Shown: piece by piece, positions 15,702 through 23,158 of the stretch | Position numbering within the stretch: the first letter of the stretch is position 1 | Layout of the letters: every line of letters starts with the position of its first letter | NCBI GenBank assembly: GCA_043750125.1 | Contig: JAYVCD010000067.1 | Location: forward strand, 1 to 33,537 | DNA length: 33,537 nt | Reading direction: 5' to 3' | From: Archangiaceae bacterium | Lineage (GTDB): Bacteria > Myxococcota > Myxococcia > Myxococcales > Myxococcaceae | Translations under genes and position numbers: made by a program | The notes under the pieces: model-generated | What the model was told of the DNA's origin: nothing | Seen by the model: only the letters and a program-made list of their open reading frames with translations | Database searches by the model: none

Positions 15702-18323
15702 TCAAGCGCGGCGGCGACGAAGCGCGGCGGACATCGCCAACAACCCCAGCGACCAGAGGCTCACGTCCGAGAGCCCTGCCGAGCAGCCGGCTTTGGCTCC
15801 TTCGGCAACCGCGGCGGCGGTCTGTTGTTGCTCCGGACGAATCGCCGAGGTCAACCCGCGCCACTTCGCTTCCCCCACGTTCCCGACCCCATCGCGCACC
15901 CTGACGGTCAGCCCACCGCGGGCCTCGACCGCCGACAGCCCAATGTCGCGTGCCGGGCCGTACTCGGAGAACGGGCCCTCGCCCAGCCCGTAGGAGTATT
16001 CGAGCTGCTCGAACGGGGTAATCAAATCTCGCGCAGTCAGGGTGAGCAGATCATGCTCTTTATCGGCGGTGAGCTTGAGCTCGGGCGGATCCCAATCGAC
16101 CAGGAAGCCGACCTGCACCGGCTCGCTGATCCCATGCCCATCTTCCTCGACCCGCGAACGGACCTCGATGAGGTGCCTTCCCTGAAGCAGGAACACCGGG
16201 TGCTCAACCACCAGCTCGTCGTTGAACGCGGGGAAGAACGTGCTCCAGGTTCCGTCGTCGACCCGGAACGCGAACTCAGGGGTGCCCGTCTTCCCCAGCG
16301 CGTGCACATCGAGAATGGCGCGCGGAATCGGCAACCCCTTTCCGGTGGCGCGCATCTGCGAGGCCGCCGGAATCTCTGAGCGCTTGAGGAAGGCTGTGGT
16401 CCTGGGCGAGCTCACCGCGCAGGCGGCCAACAGCGGCTTCATCTCGGCGTAGAGCGCCAGATGGTTGTAGAGCTTCGTTCCGGCAACGTTGCCGATGCCC
16501 TTCACTTCGTTCACCTTCAGCTTGAACTGGCCGATCGCCGGCAGGGCGAAGGGCTTGAGCGCGCTGGCCACCGCCGGCTCGGCCAGACCGATCACCGCGG
16601 GGATCAGGTCGGCGAGCACCTTTGGATCTTCGGCGAGCAGCTCGCTGTTGCTGGTGCGGATGTTGGCGATCAACATCTTCAGATCGCCAATCGCCGGGGT
16701 CACCGAGGAACAGCCGTTGAAGACCAGCGAAATGGGCAGCGAAATGTCGGCGGTCAGCGAAAACAGCCGGGTGAACCGTTCGTCGATCATCGCGTAGAAA
16801 TCGACCGTCACGTCCGGCAGCTTGACCAGCAGCAGCGGCTCAATCGGTTTCTTGGTGATGGGGTCGAAGGTCCCCTGGCCCACGTCGACCACCGGGGCCT
16901 TGTCCGGGCGCAGCACGATCATCATCGGAGCGTCCTTCCCATCGCGGGTGGCAAGCTTTCCCAGCGAAGGAAGAAACGTCTTGAACAGCCCTGAGTTGAG
17001 CAGCCCGACCGTCGAGCTGTTCATCTGAATGCACAGCGCCCCCGACTGGTGCGCCTGGTGGAACGCGAGGTTCAAGAACTGGGAGCTGATCGCAACGCCC
17101 GCGTGGTAGGCGCCCTTGGTCGGGTCGGCTCCGAGGTCGATGTCCGGCGCGGGAATGGCGATCATCGGGGGCGCGGCCTGGGGCGGCACGCACGGAGCGA
17201 CGGTCACCGCATTGAGGCCTGCCCGGGTGCCGATGTTGATCCCCTGATCCACCGAGACCGAGCTGCCCGCGGCGACCGACAAGTCGAGCATCGACTCGGG
17301 CGGGACTCCGAAGTTGCCCAACAGTCCACCCAGCGCCATCCGACCTTCGACCCCCAGGAACCGCGGGACGCACTTGCTGGTCACGGTGTCCTTGCAGGTT
17401 GAGGTCGCCGCATCACACGTCGACGCCGCGCCGGGGAACTGGGGGCAGGCAGGCTTTCCGACGCCGCACTGCTCACAAGATTGACCGGCAATCGCCTTGT
17501 TGATCTGGGTCTGAAGCAGCGGCGAGATCAGGCCCAGCAAAAGGTTCTTCAAGGGCGCCCAGTCCGCCAGGCCGCAGAGCAGATTGCCGCAGGTGTTCTC
17601 GCCCGAAATGTCGATGTCGGCCGGGTCGAGGCATTCGGGCTTCGACAGCGCTCCGGCGGCGCCACACACCGAAGTGCCCTTGAGGGGGTTGACCACTTCG
17701 AACGACAGCCACTTGTCCCACTTGGTGTCGATCGCGAACTTGATCTGGGCGGTGATCTTGTTCGTCCCCGGCGCCGTCGCGGTGGTATTGAAACGAACGC
17801 TGCAGTACGGCTTGCTCAGGAACAGGCACAACGCCGAGTTGCTGGTCTCGGTGCGGGCGTAGATTTTTCCGGTGTCGAGCGAGATCGAGACGCTTCCTTC
17901 CAGAATGGCCGGGGCCTTGGGCGTCAGCAGAAAACCGGTGATCGTCACCTGGACGTTGGCCGGCAGATCGGCCGCGGTGCAATTTCCGTCAAGCTTCCCC
18001 GTGCCGCCCGCGCCTCCCTGGTCGGCGATGGTGACCTTCCCGAGCACCGGCACGGTTTGCTCCATGCACGCGACAGGAATGGTGAGGGTGCCCGTCGGGG
18101 CGAACATCTTCACCAGCTCTTGCCAGTTGCTGTTGAGGTAGTTGATTCCCGCCGGCGACAAACGAAGGTTGATCGCGTTGTCGGTCTTTGGCCCGACGTA
18201 CCGACCGGTCGGAATCGCGCCCAGCCCGCCGCAGGCCGAGCCCGAGCCTGAACAGCTGATGGCGAACATCACGCCCAGAGTGACCGCGACGAATTCGTGG
18301 AAGCGAATGGAGCGACGGATCAT
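15702..18323 (-). CDS. Large Cys-containing surface protein with lipobox and MYXO-CTERM tail; BPI/LBP (TULIP)-like motifs
   Basis: N-terminal FAISC; C-terminal AGCSAG-hydrophobic-RRRRA; internal INLRLSPAGINYL and GVAISSQFLNLAFHQAHQSGAL. Confidence 0.85.
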   Translation of the reverse strand: MIRRSIRFHEFVAVTLGVMFAISCSGSGSACGGLGAIPTGRYVGPKTDNAINLRLSPAGINYLNSNWQELVKMFAPTGTLTIPVACMEQTVPVLGKVTIADQGGAGGTGKLDGNCTAADLPANVQVTITGFLLTPKAPAILEGSVSISLDTGKIYARTETSNSALCLFLSKPYCSVRFNTTATAPGTNKITAQIKFAIDTKWDKWLSFEVVNPLKGTSVCGAAGALSKPECLDPADIDISGENTCGNLLCGLADWAPLKNLLLGLISPLLQTQINKAIAGQSCEQCGVGKPACPQFPGAASTCDAATSTCKDTVTSKCVPRFLGVEGRMALGGLLGNFGVPPESMLDLSVAAGSSVSVDQGINIGTRAGLNAVTVAPCVPPQAAPPMIAIPAPDIDLGADPTKGAYHAGVAISSQFLNLAFHQAHQSGALCIQMNSSTVGLLNSGLFKTFLPSLGKLATRDGKDAPMMIVLRPDKAPVVDVGQGTFDPITKKPIEPLLLVKLPDVTVDFYAMIDERFTRLFSLTADISLPISLVFNGCSSVTPAIGDLKMLIANIRTSNSELLAEDPKVLADLIPAVIGLAEPAVASALKPFALPAIGQFKLKVNEVKGIGNVAGTKLYNHLALYAEMKPLLAACAVSSPRTTAFLKRSEIPAASQMRATGKGLPIPRAILDVHALGKTGTPEFAFRVDDGTWSTFFPAFNDELVVEHPVFLLQGRHLIEVRSRVEEDGHGISEPVQVGFLVDWDPPELKLTADKEHDLLTLTARDLITPFEQLEYSYGLGEGPFSEYGPARDIGLSAVEARGGLTVRVRDGVGNVGEAKWRGLTSAIRPEQQQTAAAVAEGAKAGCSAGLSDVSLWSLGLLAMSAALRRRRA

Positions 18324-18404
18324 GGGGGGAGTCGACCTCTACGAACCAGCTTTAGGAAGGCGGCCGGGAAAAGACAGCCCCACTCATTCTAGACGGACTT
18401 CGAC

Positions 18405-19277
18405 TCAGCCTGCGAGCACCGGCAACGAATGCCCCGAAGTCTCTTTTCGCAGTGCGTCATTCAACCGCCCTGAACGGAACGGCTCGAGATCCACCGCGAC
18501 GAAAGTAAACCCTACCGCCTTGATCGCCCCGTCGAGCTGAAGGCGCAACGTCTCGTCCAGCAGGCGAGGCATCTCTTCGGCGGCCACTTCCAACCGGGCG
18601 ACTTCCCCGTGGAAGCGAACCCTGAAATTCTTCAAGCCCAGCGCGCGAACCGCCTTTTCGGCGCCGGCGATCTTGTTCAGCCGCTCGACGGTGACCTGCG
18701 TTCCGTACGGCAAACGCGAGGCCAGGCACGCCAGCTGGGGCTTGTCCCAGGTCGACAGCCCGAGCTTCTTCGACCAGGCCCGAATCTGATTCTTGGTCAG
18801 CCCCGCCTCGGCCAACGGCGAGAGCACGCGGTGCTCATGGGCGGCCTGATGGCCCGGCCGATGGTCCTTCTTGTCGTCGGCGTTGAAGCCGTCGAGCACC
18901 GCGGACAGGCCCAGGCGTGCGCACGCCTTTTCGGTGAGGGTGTACAGCTCGGTTTTGCAGAAGTAGCAGCGGTTCGACGGGTTGGCCGCGTAGCGCGGAT
19001 CTTCGAGCTCGTGCGAGTCGACCAGCTCGTGCCGGGCGCCCAGCCCCACCGCCAGCGCCCGCGCCTCTTCGGCTTCGTCCGCAGCGACCGAAGGCGAGAT
19101 TGCAGTCAGGGCCACGCACTTGTCGCCCAGCTCGTCGACTGCGATTTTCAGCACGAAGGTCGAGTCGACGCCGCCCGAAAAGGCCACCAGCGCCGAACCC
19201 AATTCCCGAATTCGCACGCGAAGCGCCTGCACAGCCGTTTCCGACGCAGAGCACAGCGCCTCGATGTCTAACTCCAC
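18405..19277 (-). CDS. larE: LarE-family PP-loop ATP-dependent sulfur transferase
   Basis: VAFSGGVDS, NRCYFCK, DGFNADD..DHRPG, SPL, WDKPQLACLASR.PYG, FRVRFHG..ARLEV. Confidence 0.95.
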   Translation of the reverse strand: MELDIEALCSASETAVQALRVRIRELGSALVAFSGGVDSTFVLKIAVDELGDKCVALTAISPSVAADEAEEARALAVGLGARHELVDSHELEDPRYAANPSNRCYFCKTELYTLTEKACARLGLSAVLDGFNADDKKDHRPGHQAAHEHRVLSPLAEAGLTKNQIRAWSKKLGLSTWDKPQLACLASRLPYGTQVTVERLNKIAGAEKAVRALGLKNFRVRFHGEVARLEVAAEEMPRLLDETLRLQLDGAIKAVGFTFVAVDLEPFRSGRLNDALRKETSGHSLPVLAG

Positions 19278-19280
19278 GGC

Positions 19281-19976
19281 TCAGCGCCCCTTGCGCTTGC
19301 TCGACTCGGGCTTGGCGACCCGCGCCGCGCGCGCTGCCGGCCGAGCGACCTTGCGGGCACCCTTCGCGCCCTGGCGAGCGGCCTTCTTCACCAGCTTCTG
19401 GGGCTTCATCTTGGTGCCGGTGATGATCTTCAGCTCTTCGGCAGTCATGAAGGACAGGTCAAGCAGCGCCTGGAAGACCTTCATCGCACCGGCTTCGACG
19501 CCTTCGGAATCGGAGTGAATGACCACTTCGGCCGAGTTCGGCGGCTCGTACGGCTCGGTGATGCCGATGAAGTTGGGGATCTCACCCGAGAGCGCCTTCT
19601 TGTACTTGCCCGTGGTGTCGCGGGCGATCAGCTTCTCGGTCGGGCAGTCGACATACACCTCGACGTAACGGCCAATCGCACGCCGGTTCTCTTCGCGCAC
19701 GCCCTTGTAGGGAGTGACTGCCGCGACGAGGGTGCAGACGTGATTGCGGGTCAACAGGTCGGCGACGAAGCCGAGGCGGCGGCCGATCAGCTGGCGCTCC
19801 TCTTTCACGTCACCGCCGATGTCCTTCCACAGCTCGTCCTGCAGCTCTTCTTCGTCGAGAACTTCGACATTCCGGCCCACCTGGCGCAGCCGAGCCGCGA
19901 GGTAGTTCGCCGTCGTCGTTTTTCCAGCCCCCAACATCCCCGTCAACCAGATGGTGAAGCCGCCAATCTGCGCCAT
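19281..19976 (-). CDS. cysC: Adenylyl-sulfate (APS) kinase family protein with Lys/Ala/Arg-rich tail
   Basis: IWLTGMLGAGKTT, EVYVDCP..L..RD..G.YKKA..GEI.NF.GI..PYEPP; AGGAG Shine-Dalgarno. Confidence 0.9.
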   Translation of the reverse strand: MAQIGGFTIWLTGMLGAGKTTTANYLAARLRQVGRNVEVLDEEELQDELWKDIGGDVKEERQLIGRRLGFVADLLTRNHVCTLVAAVTPYKGVREENRRAIGRYVEVYVDCPTEKLIARDTTGKYKKALSGEIPNFIGITEPYEPPNSAEVVIHSDSEGVEAGAMKVFQALLDLSFMTAEELKIITGTKMKPQKLVKKAARQGAKGARKVARPAARAARVAKPESSKRKGR

Positions 19977-20100
19977 GTCGTCTACTCCTGAGTAAGTTCA
20001 CGCCTGAAAAATCGGGGCCTTATAAGGCATCTCACGTTTTTTCGCCAGCTTAGGATGTCAACTTCTAAAATAGGTCAAGCACCTGATCACACAAGTCTTT

Positions 20101-20544
20101 TCATTGGGGTGACAGCGGGGCCTCCACAAAAGCCTTCCCGTTCCACCGAAACAGCGCCGCCCGCGCCGCCCGGCCCTGATCGACCGCCACGACCAGGTAC
20201 GCGGCATCGGGCAGCAACGGCTGGCCATCGGGCGCCGCCATCGCTGCGTCTTCGGCCGAAAAATAGGCTCCCACGTCACAATGCGAATGAAAGATGCAGC
20301 TCAACCGCGCTTTGCGTTCGTCCGCCGCTTCGCTCAAACGGTGAAATTCCATCGGGTTGAACAGGTAGGCGGTGCGATTGGTGCGGGGGTACGTAATGGG
20401 ATCCTGCGCGTGGTACTTGTCGTAGACGTTGGCCATCGGGTGAACGCGAAACGTCCCGTCGGTTTCTTCAAAGACCAAACCGCAGCCCTCTTCCGGGTAT
20501 TTCGTTTCCAGGCAGGCAAAGATCTCGGTCAGGTCGGCAATCAT
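20101..20544 (-). CDS. mec: JAMM/MPN+ metallopeptidase (Mec+-like)
   Basis: YPEEGCGL and IFHSHCDVGAYFSAED fit E-xn-HSH-x7-S-xx-D; start overlaps the cysM stop. Confidence 0.92.
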   Translation of the reverse strand: MIADLTEIFACLETKYPEEGCGLVFEETDGTFRVHPMANVYDKYHAQDPITYPRTNRTAYLFNPMEFHRLSEAADERKARLSCIFHSHCDVGAYFSAEDAAMAAPDGQPLLPDAAYLVVAVDQGRAARAALFRWNGKAFVEAPLSPQ

Positions 20545-21476
20545 CAGTACGGGAACCTCGCTTTGGTGCGGCCGGGCTCAAAGTAGCGGTCGGCGCGATC
20601 GCAGAACATCGCCACCACCACCCCCTTCTGTCTCTTTTCGCTCAAGCCTCGGGCCACCTGCCAGGCGCCGGCCATCGCGGCTCCGGACGAGTGACCGACC
20701 GCCAGGCCTTCGTCTTTGAGCAACCGATCGGTCATGTCCCAGCCCGCGTCGGTGGTGATCGACAGCTTCGAGTCGTGAATCGACGCATCGTAGATGGGGG
20801 GGACGATCGAGCTGGCCAGGTGCTTGAGCCCCTCGAGGCCGTGCATCGGTTCGGCCGGCTCGACTGCGACAATCTGAATCGCGGCGTTCAGCTCTTTGAG
20901 GCGCTTGCCGGTGCCCATCACCGTGCCGGTGGTCCCCAGGCCCGCGACGAAGTGGGTCAACTTCCCGCCGGTCTGTTCCCACAGCTCGGGCGCGGTGGTC
21001 CGGTAATGGGCGCGCGGGTTCGACGGGTTGCTGTATTGGTCCGGGTAGAAATAGAGGCCCGGCGCTGCCTTGAGCTCGCGGCGCAGGTGGCGAATCGCTC
21101 CGTCTGAGCCCTCGAGGGGGTCAGAGAAGATGATCGTCGCACCGTAGGCCGCCGTGATCTGCTTTCGAGCGGCAGAGACGTTCGCCGGCATCACCAGCGT
21201 GACCGGAAAGCCCAGGGCCGCTCCGATCCACGCCAGCGCGATGCCGGTGTTCCCGCTGGTCGAGTCGATCAACCGCGTTCCCTTCTCGAACCGCCCGTCG
21301 GAGAGCGCGTCTTGCACCATCTGCAGCGCGGCGCGGTCTTTCACGCTGCCGCCGGGGTTGAAGTACTCGAGCTTCGCGAAGAGCTCGACCCCCGGAGTGT
21401 CCCGCCCGATCCGTTCGAGCTTGATCAACGGCGTATTGCCGACCTGCTCGGCGAGCGTGGCGACCCGGGTTTTCAC
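20544..21476 (-). CDS. cysM: PLP-dependent cysteine synthase (CysM type)
   Basis: VGNTPL, AKLEYFNPGGSVKDRAA (Schiff-base Lys), STSGNTG, GLGTTGT, GHSSGA; likely GTG start 21476 overlapping the upstream stop. Confidence 0.93.
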   Translation of the reverse strand: MKTRVATLAEQVGNTPLIKLERIGRDTPGVELFAKLEYFNPGGSVKDRAALQMVQDALSDGRFEKGTRLIDSTSGNTGIALAWIGAALGFPVTLVMPANVSAARKQITAAYGATIIFSDPLEGSDGAIRHLRRELKAAPGLYFYPDQYSNPSNPRAHYRTTAPELWEQTGGKLTHFVAGLGTTGTVMGTGKRLKELNAAIQIVAVEPAEPMHGLEGLKHLASSIVPPIYDASIHDSKLSITTDAGWDMTDRLLKDEGLAVGHSSGAAMAGAWQVARGLSEKRQKGVVVAMFCDRADRYFEPGRTKARFPY

Positions 21477-21988
21477 GCGTGCTCCTCGCAGCGCAACACC
21501 GAAATCGGCGGTCCGTCGAGCGCCAGCGCGCCCAACGTGTCGGCCAGCCCCAGAACGATGCGCTGCCACGCCACTGCGCCCAGCGCCTGGAGCGCCACCG
21601 AGGGCGACTCGAGGCTCAACGAGCGGACCGTGCGCGCAAAACACCGGGCACAGCCGCCGGCCCGAAAGACCACCCCATTAGATCCGACGGCCACCGCAAG
21701 CGGCTGGTCTTCGGGAAATTCGCAAGGCACCCGCGCGACCAGGCCCGCGGGCGCCGCAGAGGGAACGGCGTCGGGGTTGAAATCGGCCAGAGCAGCACCT
21801 GCGAAGAACCCCGCGGTGGTTCGGGTGTGAATCGGCGTCCCGCCCGCGGCAAGGTACGCGGCAGTGATGGGCAGGCCATGAACGAGGACGGGGGCTGCGA
21901 GCAGCGCTTCCTGCCCCTGCCCGCCCACAGGCTGCAGCAACACCTGCCGCGCATAGCGCTGAATCTGAGCTTCCGAGAGCGTTTTCAG
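21473..21988 (-). CDS. Degenerate ThiF/MoeB-like (pseudo-E1) protein; probable start CTG 21988 (first canonical start GTG 21943)
   Basis: In-frame LKTLSEAQIQRYARQVLLQPVGGQGQEALL..VLVHG, AAYLAAGG, FNPD, CARC and terminal CEEH; no GxGGLG, SNLxRQ or DxxD. Confidence 0.75.
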   Translation of the reverse strand: MKTLSEAQIQRYARQVLLQPVGGQGQEALLAAPVLVHGLPITAAYLAAGGTPIHTRTTAGFFAGAALADFNPDAVPSAAPAGLVARVPCEFPEDQPLAVAVGSNGVVFRAGGCARCFARTVRSLSLESPSVALQALGAVAWQRIVLGLADTLGALALDGPPISVLRCEEHA

Positions 21989-22257
21989 CCTCCGGCGATC
22001 GCGGGAATGATCGACAAGGTGTCGGTGTCTGCGACGGTCGTCTCGAGGTTCTTCAAGAACCGAATGTCTTCGTCGTTGTGAAAGACGTTCACGTAGCGCT
22101 TGAGGCCGCCTTTCTCATCGAACAGCCGGGTCCCGATGCCCGGGCACGCCTTGTCCAGACCCCGCAGGACATCGCCCACGGTCCCGCCGTCGACTTTCAC
22201 TTCGGCCTGGTTCTGGGTGTAGCTGCGCAGCGGAGTGGGGATGCGAACGATGGGCAT
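21985..22257 (-). CDS. cysO: Ubiquitin-like sulfur carrier (CysO/MoaD/ThiS family)
   Basis: VRIPTPLR.YT, YVNVF.N.EDIRFL..L.T, C-terminal IIPAIAGG; lies with cysM and a JAMM gene. Confidence 0.92.
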   Translation of the reverse strand: MPIVRIPTPLRSYTQNQAEVKVDGGTVGDVLRGLDKACPGIGTRLFDEKGGLKRYVNVFHNDEDIRFLKNLETTVADTDTLSIIPAIAGG

Positions 22258-22270
22258 GGTTTTCCTTTGA

Positions 22271-22507
22271 TCAAGCGCGAATCAGCAGGCGACTCTTACC
22301 CTCGGAAGCCTCGAGGCACAGCACTTCATGACCGTCTTCCCGCACGCTTCGGGGCACGTTCTTCAGCGGCTCTTCGCCGGTCAGCCACACTTCCAGCACT
22401 TCCCCCGGGGCAAGGCGTTCGAGCGCCAGCTTCACCCGGACATAGGTCATCGGGCAAACTTCAGCAGTGATGTCGACCGACGCAACGGGGAACACGCCGG
22501 GACTCAT
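22271..22507 (-). CDS. tusA: TusA/SirA-family sulfurtransferase
   Basis: VDITAEVCPMTYVRVKLALERL..GEVLEV..NVPRS..GHEV. Confidence 0.93.
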   Translation of the reverse strand: MSPGVFPVASVDITAEVCPMTYVRVKLALERLAPGEVLEVWLTGEEPLKNVPRSVREDGHEVLCLEASEGKSRLLIRA

Positions 22508-22516
22508 TAGCGAAGT

Positions 22517-23158
22517 TCAACCCCTGCCGCACGCCTGACAATCGGGCGATTTGTTCACCCGGACGCTGCGCGCCTTGAAGCCCAGCGCGTCGAACAAATG
22601 CAGCTGCGCCTGGCCCGGCAAGGGGTTCGGCTCGAGCGCCAGCTGGGCCTGCAGCCCGCCGATCACACCGGCCACCGAGCCCAGCACGCCGGCCTGGGCA
22701 CAGCTTTGCGGCTCGGGCGGGGGCTGATCGAACAGGCAGCGCAAGCACGGGCCGTCGGGCTGAATTCGCATCGCCTGGCCCGACAACCGCAGCACACCGC
22801 CATAGACCAGCGGAATGCGCGTTCGCACCGCGGCATCGTTGAGGACGAACTTCATCTGCCCACTGTCCGTCCCGTCCACCACCACGTCGTGCAGCTCGAA
22901 CAAGGCGTCGGCGTTCTGCGCGGTGACCTTCACCGACAGCCCCACCACCTTCAAGGCAGGAAACAGCGCGCGGAGTTTTTCCGCCGCCGAATCGACCTTC
23001 AGTCGGCCCAGGTCCGAAGGGTGATGCCAGGGCTGTCGATGCAGGTTCGAGCCTTCGACCACGTCGAAGTCCACCAGCGTCAGCAGGTCCGCCTGCGACG
23101 CCAGGGCCATCGAAGCAGGACACCCCAACCCCCCCACGCCGATCACCAGGGCCCTCAC
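22517..23158 (-). CDS. moeB: MoeB/ThiF-family E1-like adenylyltransferase lacking the N-terminal RYxRQ segment
   Basis: Starts at GTG 23158 (GTGA overlap) directly with RALVIGVGGLG; VDFD, SNLHRQ, GRLK, DGTD, CLRC, SCAQAGVLG, CQAC. Confidence 0.9.
   Translation of the reverse strand: MRALVIGVGGLGCPASMALASQADLLTLVDFDVVEGSNLHRQPWHHPSDLGRLKVDSAAEKLRALFPALKVVGLSVKVTAQNADALFELHDVVVDGTDSGQMKFVLNDAAVRTRIPLVYGGVLRLSGQAMRIQPDGPCLRCLFDQPPPEPQSCAQAGVLGSVAGVIGGLQAQLALEPNPLPGQAQLHLFDALGFKARSVRVNKSPDCQACGRG

Noticed and set aside
2402-16379. Long antisense ORFs (2402-4492, 6005-7804, 7835-8839, 11302-12675, 15030-16379)
   Set aside because: They mirror well-supported genes on the other strand, as expected from GC-rich codon bias, and carry no family motifs.
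20101-23158. E1 + ubiquitin-like + JAMM read as an antiphage or protein-conjugation system (Bil/Bub/CBASS type)
   Set aside because: No E2-like gene or effector is present, and coupling to CysM and TusA fits sulfur transfer better. Protein conjugation is not formally excluded.
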